This document shows positions 8,008-18,177 of a stretch of DNA of 57,107 nt, piece by piece; the stretch's first letter is position 1, and each line of letters starts with the position of its first letter. The DNA lies in the IMG/VR virus record IMGVR_UViG_3300032046_000031, positions 1 through 57,107 of that record; one strand, given 5' to 3'. Below the pieces are notes generated by a model. It made no database searches and was not told the DNA's origin. It worked only from the letters and a program-made list of their open reading frames with translations. Made by a program: the position numbers and the translations under genes. This DNA is from a virus (taxonomy: Duplodnaviria > Caudoviricetes).

Positions 8008-8223
8008 TCATTTCTCTCCTCCTTTCTTCTTATCTGATCGCCAATGTGCAGATCCCCAAGGTCTTTCCTTTGGTCTGTTTGAGTATGACATGAGGGGTAT
8101 CTTGGTTATGATCTTAAACGCACCCATCCTACAGTTTGGGCATTGGCATACTGTTTCTGTTGATGATGTAACTTCTTCAAATTGATGATGACAACTTTCA
8201 CATTCCCAATCATAGAGGGGCAT
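8008..8223 (-). CDS. FmdB-family zinc-ribbon protein
   Basis: MPLYDWECESCHHQFE...CPNC signature. Confidence 0.85.
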   Translation of the reverse strand: MPLYDWECESCHHQFEEVTSSTETVCQCPNCRMGAFKIITKIPLMSYSNRPKERPWGSAHWRSDKKKGGEK

Positions 8224-9337
8224 CTTCCAACTCCTCTCCTGGTATCTCTGATGGATCTGCTTTTAATGGTTCTAAGATCATTTCCATTTTTGTTAAGGCA
8301 TCTTTCCAGTTAGTTGTGGAGACCGAGATTCTTGGATCTATATAAATCCAACATTCAGTCTCTATTTTTCCAGATGAATATTCTACCAGTTCGTATCTGA
8401 TTGCATGATACTTTCCTTTTGCTAACTTCTTTAACTCATCCTTTGCCTCTTTAAATGTCATTTGCTTTCTCCTTTCTTCCTTCCCTCCTTATGGATCACC
8501 GTCAACTCATGGGAGTCTGTCCAATAAACTGATTTCTTTTTCCCTGTTGGTTCATGAGCAAGAAAGTCTTTAGTGAGAAATTCCTTGATCATTCTTGCAA
8601 GGGTCGTCTTAAAATCACCTTCAAACTTGATGATCGTTCTTAGGTATTTCATCTCTTTCTCCTTCCTAACTAAGAAAAGGCTTCTCTGAGTTGGGATCTT
8701 TGAATTCAAACCTTCCTTCCATCACCTTTCCCTCTTCCAATCCCAATGACCGTCTCAACTCCTCTGCAAACTCATCGAGGGTATTCTTTTGTTTTGGCTG
8801 CACTAACATCCATCCCTTCCTCACCCCCAGTGACCCAAAGATATGATGGTTGATCGCAACCAGATTCCACCAGAGATCCCAGAGCATTATTATCGATGGG
8901 CATGATGATGCCAACACCTTCGTACAATTCTTATCTGTTGGGATGAGTTGGTAGAGGAATCTCTCTTCCTCACTGAGGGTATCTCCCAGAATGACATCCC
9001 CAGTTTGCATCTCATGCCCTGGTTCAGATGGATGTGCCATGACATCCTTTATACATTCCTCCCCAATGAAGGTAGTAACGAGATCGATCCACATCTCTCT
9101 ACGTCTCTTGGTCATATCAGTCATCTTGTACCTCCACAATCTTTTGATCATCTGGGTGCTGAACAATCAGATTCCCCTTGGTCTGTTGTGCCCCCATTAA
9201 GAGAGCAGCCCCAAACAGTTGCCATTCTCCAACATCCATGATTAGAGTTCCTGTTAGTTTAAGATGATCTTCATCCTCACCTATAAAGACTCTTGTATGG
9301 ATGTGAGGACCTCTTCTTTCATCCCTTAATTTAATTA

Positions 9338-10279
9338 TCATTCATCCTCCTCCTTCTCCTCCCCCACTCCAACGTAGGGCACCCATGCCTTTACCTCATA
9401 AATCCCTGCTGCCAGGAGAGGTTGCAATATGCTCTCTGGATCTTGTGCAAGGCAAAGGTCGAGATACTGACATTTCCCCCTGTATGCTGTACAATAGTGA
9501 GGACTATGTTTCACCCATATGTTGCGAGAGGTAGAATCCTCAATCTGATGAATTGTCTGCAACACTTCCTTCTTCCACTGTTCCAATTCGATTGGTGACC
9601 GAGAGGTTGGCATCCTGACAAAAGTCTCTCTCTGTTTCTTTGCATACACCAGCTTTCCTGACTTTCCCATAACCTTTGGCACCGATTTATCAATCTCTTC
9701 ATCCGTAGCATACACCCCAATCCCATTGATCATATATCCCAGGATATTCTCATAGACTTGATTGAGATAGTAGATGTACCCAGTGATCTGATTGTTTGGT
9801 TTAACGAGTAGGCGGTGAAGGGAAGAGGTAGTCTTATGATCAAATCCATAAACCCCTTTTGGGTTTGCCCATTCAACAACTAAATCTAATCTAACAGTAT
9901 AAAGGTACTCTCCAATCTCACAGGCACCACCAACTTCTGGATCAATTACGTTAAAAGGCTCATGACGATATCTAAGAAAGTAGTTTGAAAGTATCTCCAA
10001 CCCTTTCCCAACCGTTCTCTTCTCATCCATATCATGTTTGTAGTTGTTGGTGAATATCTCAAGAGCTTCTACAATAGCTTGGTCGGTCATCCCTTCCTTA
10101 TAGTAATGTTCCAGTGATTGATGGATGCAAGAGCCAAAGTCAGCTGCGACCTTAATATCACCTGCTTTGATGATCTGTTTAGCTATTCGATAGTGGTAGT
10201 ATTCCTCGCAGTTACGGTAGCAGTCAAGAGCATAATTATCCCAGGTCTTTGATTCTAACCCAATAGCAACTTGATTCAT
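9338..10279 (-). CDS. PD-(D/E)XK (Cas4/RecB-like) exonuclease
   Basis: YRNCEEYY, FGSCIHQSLE, RLDLVV...FDHKT and C-terminal C..Y.GKCQYLDLC. Confidence 0.8.
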   Translation of the reverse strand: MNQVAIGLESKTWDNYALDCYRNCEEYYHYRIAKQIIKAGDIKVAADFGSCIHQSLEHYYKEGMTDQAIVEALEIFTNNYKHDMDEKRTVGKGLEILSNYFLRYRHEPFNVIDPEVGGACEIGEYLYTVRLDLVVEWANPKGVYGFDHKTTSSLHRLLVKPNNQITGYIYYLNQVYENILGYMINGIGVYATDEEIDKSVPKVMGKSGKLVYAKKQRETFVRMPTSRSPIELEQWKKEVLQTIHQIEDSTSRNIWVKHSPHYCTAYRGKCQYLDLCLAQDPESILQPLLAAGIYEVKAWVPYVGVGEEKEEDE

Positions 10280-12185
10280 TCTTCCTCCTTATAATTATTG
10301 ACAGCCTTAACAATAAATTCAGCATCTTCTTCTGAGAGGATAGCACCAGTCTCATCTGATCCAATAACAGTAATTGGGTTATCTTTACTTCCTGCACTTA
10401 CAAATTGATCACAGTATTCTCCATGAAACAGTTCGTAATCATACTGGCATTCTGGTGGTCCTGGATGATGCATCTCATGTGATTTGATATGACATCTACC
10501 TTCCCAACTTCCAATAAACCAAGGTAGTGGTGTATGTTTCATCTTTCCTCCTCTGCCAACCATCCCTCTTTCATCTTTCCATAAAGTTCTTCAATCTCTT
10601 TTTTAAACTCTGAAGTTGTTTCCTTATCAGCTTCACCCTCATGCCATTCAAATTCATGAGCACCACAAAGAGGGCAGTATTTAGAGTCATCCTCCATAGT
10701 TAATCTTCCTTTCCTTCTGCCAGACCTGCCTCCGATAATATATTAAACATCTCCTCCAGTGTCTCTTTACTGCGACCTTTCAGCAACGCATCAAGAGACT
10801 TCTTCTTTCTCTTTGGCTGTGCAAATACGATTTGTCTCTGTTCATTAACCACCTGAATAAGGAGGGATGGGAGAAGTTTCTCCTGTTCATCTGCGAGTTT
10901 GACACAGTCTGAAAGAGGAAGCTTCTCCCACTGTTTGGGAGGGGCATCTAACTTCTTTGCGATCACCTCTTTCTCACCCACCTCTTTCACAACATAGAGA
11001 AGGTCTGCGAGAGGGGTGATGAGAAAGATGAGACATCCTTTTTTAAGTTCCTGATTCACTAACCAATTCCCTTACATCTTTCTGTTTAATTGTAACCAAC
11101 GCACCACAATTTCCCCCAACCCACCTTTCATCCTCAACTTCAATCTCTCCTTCAAGATTGAGGCAGGAGCATGGTCTAATGAATTCCAACTGTGAATCTT
11201 TCAAGGTCATAAAGATTGTTGAACATTCTGAGCATCTAAAATTAACCAAAAAGTGATTGCTCATCTCTAAGATGACTTCCTGTAAGGTCATTTTGGAGTC
11301 TCCTCCAACCCAATCTCCCCCAGATTTTTGATCTCTCTTGCTACTGCTATTCGACCAAAGAAATCATCACCTGTAGCAACAACATCTTTAAATTGGACCT
11401 TTATACAAACAAGACTATATTTGGTAGATTCTTCTGAACTATTCATTTGAAGCCATCTAAGGATTGGTTCCTTATTTAAAGCACAGTGGAATCCTGTTGT
11501 ATATTTATCCCCCCTACCAATTGTTTCATTTGATTGATCTTTAATCCAACAGTCTTTTAGATATTCTACCATCCATTGTCTATGCGTGCAATCCCAGCAG
11601 AAATATCTTCTCTTCTCTCCTTCACCCTTTACTGCTACCAACTTATAACCAATGTCAGTATTAATAGATGGAGTTGGATCAACCTTATCTAAGCACATAA
11701 TAATCTCCTTTCCTTGAGATATTTATTTAGGATTCCCCTTCTGACTGGTGGTTGGTTTCCTCTGCAGAATGGTCTTCATCATTGTCCCTTTCATCTCTCC
11801 TGTTGTAATTACATAATAGAGAACAGCTTTCCCATCATACCTTATCCTTAACTTTTTAAGGGCAAGGTCATAATCACCTGGTTGAATTCTCACCTTCTTT
11901 GGTTTATCCATCTATCTCAGCCTCCTTAACTGCTTCAATTATCGCTTGATTTCCATCACTATCTGGATAAGCAATACCAAGATTGTATCCATGATCCTCT
12001 GATGCCCAGATCCAAACCCCTTTGCACCCAGAAGGAATGATCGTAATAACCACCCCTGCTGGTCCATCAGTCTGGGTGTATGCTGTGATCTTTTTCAGTT
12101 TCATTTCCCCTCCATCCTGTGACAAGTGTGTTACAACCATATGGAACCTTAGATTGGATTGCATACTCACCTGCAACCAATCTAT

Positions 12186-12210
12186 AGGTCGAAGTGTGAC
12201 CTTTACTCAG
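12186..12210. promoter_or_regulatory. Dispersed palindrome copy 2 (AGGTCG-aagtg-TGACCT-TTACTCAG)
   Basis: Matches the consensus of the other five copies. Confidence 0.75.
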
Positions 12211-12356
12211 CAAAACAGACCTGAGAGGAATGTGAAGAGTGACGCTGAGATTGATTACCACCGTACAATAATCATTCTCGTATGGTCTTTAATCTTGTCA
12301 TCCCTCTCAGATCAAAGTAGGATAATAAATGATAAAGTCCGCCATTTATAACTTTA

Positions 12357-12386
12357 ATATTAACATGGACTTATTCCTTTTGTCAA
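12357..12386 (-). promoter_or_regulatory. Sigma70-type promoter with an upstream T/A tract and an IHF-like box at 12415-12427
   Basis: TTGACA-N18-TAATAT with extended TG; intergenic. Confidence 0.65.
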
Positions 12387-12468
12387 GAAAAAAATGTGTA
12401 AGATTTCCCTTTAATTTCAATAAGTTAAAAGGTTTTTTAAGAATGATAACTTTAGCCATTTCCTTTTA

Positions 12469-12873
12469 TTAATGTTTTAAAAATTCAACAATCTTTGGCT
12501 CTAACAAAAGATGCCCTTTTTCTGCATTACATTGATGGCAACAAGAAATTAGATTCTCTTCTGTTGAAGTTCCTCCTTTGCTAAGAGGAATGATGTGATC
12601 AACAATAAGGGAAACATTTGGATCTGTATGTGGTGACTTTCCACAATAATGACATCGGAATCCATCGCTTGCAAAAATTAAAAAAGTAGGAATGAAACCA
12701 TCTCTAACTTTTTTAGTTGCCTTTTCTGCACATTTGGGTGAGCAATATTTACGAGATTTTGAATTAGATAAAAATTGTTTTTTACAAATTGGACAAATAG
12801 GTATAATATCCAATGGAATCATGGCTTCTTTTTCTATTTCAAATGTAACACTTGTATAATCTCTTTTTGACAT
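12469..12873 (-). CDS. HNH endonuclease with an N-terminal zinc finger
   Basis: CPICKK...YCSPKC; DGFRCHYCG...DHIIPLSKGG...NLISCCHQCN. Confidence 0.9.
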   Translation of the reverse strand: MSKRDYTSVTFEIEKEAMIPLDIIPICPICKKQFLSNSKSRKYCSPKCAEKATKKVRDGFIPTFLIFASDGFRCHYCGKSPHTDPNVSLIVDHIIPLSKGGTSTEENLISCCHQCNAEKGHLLLEPKIVEFLKH

Positions 12874-15385
12874 CTTTATATCTCCCTCTTATAATCACAT
12901 CCTAAGATCAACGTATCCTCATCTTCAATCTCTTCACAAGGATGATCTCTACAAGAAAGACAAAACTCTTGTTTTACTTCAGTTTTCATTTCCTTTTGTT
13001 TCCTTCCTTACCACCTTACTCACCCTCTTAAACCAGTTGAGTGAGTTAAATCTCCCTCCCTGAGTATAAGCAGAGAGAAACTTCTGACACCAGAAATGTG
13101 AGCTGTAATAGGTGTAATCAACCCCTCCAACCTTGACCTTAATCAGATTGGGATATTCATAACTTATCAAAGAGAGTTGTTTCATATTCACCTCCCAAGA
13201 ATCCAGATGAGGGCAAATGCAACTGTCAACCCAACACAAAACCAAGTCGTTCTCTCAACTACTTTAAACATTATGATTCACCTCCTCTCCTTTCTCAAAT
13301 GGGATCAGAAGAAAGCAAAGGATGCACAGCCATCCTCTGATTGAGACAATCATACTCTGTCTCCCTTTACACTTAGGATTGGGACAGTCTTTAAAGCGAT
13401 CCATCTTTGATCTCCTCTCCTTCCTCCAAGAATCTAAAATCTGAATTGCAAGTAGTATTTCTTGCAGAACAGATCGGGCAAAGCACACTTAACATTTGAA
13501 CAGCCTCAAATTTCGATATAACATTAAGGGATGCTTGTCGGTGAATAAAAAGATATAGTAAAGTAAATCTTTTTTCATAGGGTAAAAGCATTTTTCTGGT
13601 TGACATATTAACCTCCTTTCAATTTTAATCACAGTAAATACAACATTCTGCTATCCCTTCATCCCAAATTATGTATCTTGCTTCCACCCATTGATGACAT
13701 CTGGGACACCTGATTAAACCTGCAATCATATTTTTAACATCAGTGATGTGACCCATCTCTCCTCCTCCTCACCACCTTCTCACTCACCTTCTCCACAGGT
13801 CTCCAAGGTTTGAGAGGTTCGATGGTGACTTCTATTGTAACTCTCTCTTTCTTCTCTGTCAGTATCAATGACGCTGTATAAAGGTCTTCATGTTGGTACT
13901 TCCATCCGATGGTTTTGGGTTTCATCTTATCCTTTCTCTTCATCATTATTATATAAATCTATTACTGTTGCAATCGCTTCCATTATAAGGTCTGGATCAG
14001 GTGCAGCAGGATAAGTTGAATCTAAATAGTTCTGAGCAATATCTCGAATTCTTCTAAAATAATCATCGATTGACATTAATCTCACCCCCCAACCAATCTG
14101 CTTTTTCATCTTACCTCCTACTTAACAGAGACAACAACCCCATCCTTCATCTCAACCTGTGCGTACCATGTGTGAGGTGCTGGATAGTGTAGACCTTCCA
14201 CAAATTCTCTTCCATTTTCTTGTGGCTGTCCTAATCCTGGAGCATAAAGTCTAACTTTATCTCCTTTTTGGACAGCCTCTTTAAGAGCCTTCTTGGTCTT
14301 GAAATTGGTTTCTGTATACATGATTTCACCCCCCCTTCCATCCTATCCTTTTTGGTTTCATCTTAACTTCCTCAATCTGGAAGCCTTTCTGCTCTTCCAT
14401 TGGTGAATCTATAATTAACTGTCTCCTCTGATGGAAGCACCTTTGTCTCCTTCACTGCCATCCACCTTGAGGAGAGATCGTTCCCATAATCCTCTGCCTC
14501 TTTCTCTGTCTCAAAACAGAGTGCATTAGAGATAAATTCGGTGTCACCTGCTGTCTTAACTCCAAGTTTGAATCCCATCTTTCTCCCTCCTTTCTTATTT
14601 TCTGTAAAGGTTCAACCCTAAATGGATGTCTGAATGATCTGGGATTGAAACATTCCCTGCTGTGGTTGCGATGATTGCTGACTTCCCTGATTTTGAACGA
14701 TCAAATTCCTTTGTCAGATTGATAGTAATGATAAGATTCTCACTCCCATCATTCTCCTTAACTACAACCAGATTGATGTTCTGCATACTATCTCACCCCC
14801 CTTCCATCATCTGTTTTAATTCTTCTTGTAACTCTATTGGCAAACTCTCCCAAAACTTCTCTTTTTTTGTTTGTTTCTTTCCCTTACCCTTAGATTGTCT
14901 CCTTGTCGAAGGATCTGCCTTCCATCCTCTCACCCCTGCCCCTCTTGTATCTACAAGGATGTGTGCAAATGAGCATTTGGGATACGGCCAGTCCCATCTG
15001 CAGTATTCACATCCCTGTCTTGGATAGTAAGCACATTCATATAATAACTTCTTATCAACTTTGTGACCATGACGTTGAAACTCTTTGATGTAAGGTAAAC
15101 GGGTGGAGATGTGAGGGGGTGGGCCAGAGATGGTATGGTCTTTCATCTGTGTCTCCTAATTTGTAAGAGTTAATGTAACTTCAATTCCAAGCTCCTTTGC
15201 AAGTAAGGGAGCTAACTCTTCCCTATCTTTCTGCGTGAGATTTTTAAGTTCTGCGATAAATTGACCTAACTTTTGATCTGGAAGTAACTCAAAATACTTT
15301 TTATAAGCAACAGCAAAGGATATTTTGTCTGTCATCTTATTCACCACCTTTCCTAACTGGCTTATTTTTCCATCTTGACACCTTA

Positions 15386-15414
15386 AATATAGCATAAAGA
15401 AAAAGGAATGTCAA
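15386..15414 (-). promoter_or_regulatory. Sigma70-type promoter; IHF-like box at 15443-15455
   Basis: TTGACA-N17-TATATT with extended TG. Confidence 0.75.
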
Positions 15415-15500
15415 GAAAAAAATGCATTGAAAATGCCTATACTTTCAAAGACTTAGAAGATTTCCGAAAATAGTCAAAATTGTCTTAAAAAGGAAACAAT

Positions 15501-15959
15501 TTACTCCGATCCTTCATTTACAATCTCAAATGGATCTTTCTCTGGGATGTAGACTTTACTCTCAGCCTTCTCTTCTGCTCTAAGGAAATCTCCCCACTCT
15601 TCTTTCTTCTTTTCTGGTACGAGTTTTATTGGTGCTTCTTTTTGTGGGGACAAATACCATTGTTTTAAACTTGAATTTGTTGCTCTAAGAAAAGGATCAT
15701 CTTTATCAAAAGGTTTCTTAATAACCTTTTTATCTATCGGTGATTTCATCCATCCAATCTCTATTTCAAATCCTATCATTTGTAAGAGAAGAAAACTTTC
15801 TCTTTGTTGTTTAGATAATCTGCCATTTGCATACTTTGCTTCAATCAATTTAACTCTTCCACCTTTACAGGCAATAAAATCTGGCCAAGCTATCTTAAAC
15901 ACCTGCCATCCCTCTTTTTCATACTGACCTTTGATTAATCTCTCACTTGCTGTTAGCAT
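15501..15959 (-). CDS. VRR-NUC-like PD-(D/E)XK nuclease / resolvase-like protein
   Basis: WPDFIAC...LIEAK...GRLSKQQ motif. Confidence 0.7.
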   Translation of the reverse strand: MLTASERLIKGQYEKEGWQVFKIAWPDFIACKGGRVKLIEAKYANGRLSKQQRESFLLLQMIGFEIEIGWMKSPIDKKVIKKPFDKDDPFLRATNSSLKQWYLSPQKEAPIKLVPEKKKEEWGDFLRAEEKAESKVYIPEKDPFEIVNEGSE

Positions 15960-16020
15960 ATGATCCTCCTTCTTAACTTCTTTGACTTTTAAATTGTGTA
16001 ATATTATTAACTACTTATAC

Positions 16021-16049
16021 CTTATAGCACACTTTCTTATATTTGTCAA
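16021..16049 (-). promoter_or_regulatory. Sigma70-type promoter heading the leftward arm; IHF-like box at 16069-16081
   Basis: TTGACA-N17-TATAAG with extended TG. Confidence 0.75.
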
Positions 16050-16081
16050 GTGTTTTCTTTCTTAATAATTTCAATGACTTA

Positions 16082-16450
16082 TACGTCGCCTACTTCATAC
16101 TTATCATCTCCCGCCTTCTTCCCTTATCCCCTCCCTACCCTTTAGGTCACTTTTCGACCTATACTCACCCTCTCCTCCTCTGATCCTTCCTTTGATCTTT
16201 CTCTCTTCCTCTTCTTTCTCTTATATATATAAATAATATATATGATAGTAAGAGAGGTAAGAGAAGTAAGAAGAAGAAGGAAGGGAAGAGAAAGTAACTA
16301 AAAAGGGAGTGAATTGTAAGTCATTGATATCATTAAAGGAAGTAGATTTCCTTAATATTAAGAAAAAGATGGTAACTTATAACATATTGAAAGTATTAAG
16401 GAAAGTGAAAAGTAAAGAAGTTAACATAACTCATCCCTTCTCTCACCTGA
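16082..16450. other. Non-coding strand-switch region / candidate replication origin or packaging region
   Basis: Pyrimidine tract, AT-only centre (TATATATATAAATAATATATAT), then purine tract; lies between divergent promoters; IHF consensus matches at 16317-16329 and 16380-16392. Confidence 0.5.
16144..16167. promoter_or_regulatory. Dispersed palindrome copy 3 (AGGTCA-ctttt-CGACCT-ATACTCA)
   Basis: Matches consensus. Confidence 0.75.
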
Positions 16451-16563
16451 TTTCCCCTTGCAATCTTACCTGTTGGAAGAAGAGGGGATGAAAGCTGATA
16501 CAAGGTGACAAAAATTGGCTCAAGTTTGTGAAAAGAAAAACTTATCTCATCCCAAAAAAAGAC

Positions 16564-16592
16564 TTGACAAGCATTTTAGAATGTGATACATT
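16564..16592 (+). promoter_or_regulatory. Sigma70-type promoter
   Basis: A-tract, then TTGACA-N17-TACATT with extended TG. Confidence 0.75.
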
Positions 16593-16695
16593 GAAAGCAT
16601 AATTGAATAGCGCAGACATTGAAAATTTCTTGTATGAGAAATGAAACATTCAAAGTCTGGCCAAAACACAAATTCTAAAATGAAAGGAAAGGAAA

Positions 16696-17166
16696 ATGGA
16701 AAAAGCAAAAACCGGAGTTAAAATTGAATTGGAAGATGGTAAGGCTATTGACATCAGCCACCTAACCCTTGACTTTCTTGCTAAGGGACTTCCAAAATTC
16801 AAATTGGATGGAAAGGAAAAAGAAGGCAAGTTTACAAGTCTAAGTCTTAAACGAGGACTTATCAAAGACACTCCCACAGAGTACGTCGAGCGGAGAGTGT
16901 TTAAAAATGCGGACACAGATGTCGTAGTCTATGACTTGCCTCTTCCTTTAACTATTGCACAAGCAACAGCCATGTATGGCGAGTCTGACGTGCTTGATGC
17001 AATATGGACAGCCAAACGGATCAAGACCGACGCAAGCAAGGCAGGGAAAGGGCAAGCCGATCCCATAGTCTCCCTTGTCCGCAAGGCACAAAAGGGAGAG
17101 ACATTAACCGTACCAGAAAAGCAACTGCTTGCAAAGTGGTACGCTGGGATGACAAAAGTGAAGTAA
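16696..17166 (+). CDS. Monocistronic basic hypothetical protein
   Basis: Has its own promoter and intrinsic terminator; SD AAGGA. Confidence 0.75.
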   Translation: MEKAKTGVKIELEDGKAIDISHLTLDFLAKGLPKFKLDGKEKEGKFTSLSLKRGLIKDTPTEYVERRVFKNADTDVVVYDLPLPLTIAQATAMYGESDVLDAIWTAKRIKTDASKAGKGQADPIVSLVRKAQKGETLTVPEKQLLAKWYAGMTKVK

Positions 17167-17190
17167 ACAAGAAGTTTAATATATTAAACT

Positions 17191-17224
17191 GGGAAGCAAT
17201 TAACATTCTTGCTTCCCTTTTTTT
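17191..17224 (+). terminator. Rho-independent terminator
   Basis: GGGAAGCAA-loop-TTGCTTCCC followed by TTTTTTT. Confidence 0.85.
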
Positions 17225-17476
17225 ATTCCCATTCTCCTCTGTTGTATCTTTCAAACATCCTATCTGCTACTTGCACTCCCAAACATACCTCTATAGTACC
17301 AAGGTGGCAAGTTTAGGGGCGAAAAAACAGAAACAGACCTCATCCATAAATTTTTTGGCCTATGACCTGTGATGTAAGAATGGCTAACCTTAGCTATTTT
17401 GTGATAGAAAGTGATAAGGTTTACACTCTTTCTTCGCCTCCCCCCTTCCCTATCCCCTTCTTTCTAAAAATAACAC

Positions 17477-17504
17477 TTGACAAGTGCCTTTATTATGTTA
17501 TAGT
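17477..17504 (+). promoter_or_regulatory. Sigma70-type promoter for the packaging/structural operon
   Basis: TTGACA-N16-TATAGT with extended TG, upstream of terS. Confidence 0.7.
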
Positions 17505-17535
17505 GGGGGTAGAAAAGGGAGAGGTCTAAACATTC

Positions 17536-18177
17536 ATGCCTTCAAACGAACTGCAAAAGTTGACTCCGAGACATAGAGAGATGATGCTTAGGTTGCTGAG
17601 AGGAGAGAAGGATAAGACGATCTATGAGGATATGGGAATCTCTCAAAATCGCTTCTCTATCATCAAGCACTCCCCCCTCTTTCAGATTGAATTGAATAAG
17701 ATGATGGCAAAGAGAGAGGAGAAGCTTTACAGTATTCAAGATAACTTTCTCGATGCGGCTGAGTTAGGAGTGAAGTTTCAGAAGGAGGTGTTAGAGTCAC
17801 AGCCAGGGACTCATACAATTGAGCAGAAGCTGAAAGCTGCAACAACAATGACGGTGCTTGCATCTCGCCTCCTTCGACCAGGACAGCCATCAAATGGGAA
17901 TGGTGATTTAAATGAAAGTGGGCTGAGCTACGAAGAGAGATTGAAAAGAGTGACGATTGAGGAAAGTATTAGGACTGTGACTCACCCTCAACCTCAGGAG
18001 ATTGATCCTATTGAGATTGATACCTTACTCGCAGGAGACTATCCTCCTTCCTCTGAGTTAGAATTAGGGAATGAAGAAGATATCCTTTTTGGAGAGAGTG
18101 AAGTGGAAGATGACATCTTCAACCCACCTGTTAAAATTGAAGAAACTCTCGCTCGAGCAGGAGGAGAGAAAACTTGA
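17536..18177 (+). CDS. terS: Probable terminase small subunit (N-terminal HTH)
   Basis: LTPRHREMMLRLLRG...IYEDMGISQNRFS HTH; overlaps the start of terL. Confidence 0.65.
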   Translation: MPSNELQKLTPRHREMMLRLLRGEKDKTIYEDMGISQNRFSIIKHSPLFQIELNKMMAKREEKLYSIQDNFLDAAELGVKFQKEVLESQPGTHTIEQKLKAATTMTVLASRLLRPGQPSNGNGDLNESGLSYEERLKRVTIEESIRTVTHPQPQEIDPIEIDTLLAGDYPPSSELELGNEEDILFGESEVEDDIFNPPVKIEETLARAGGEKT

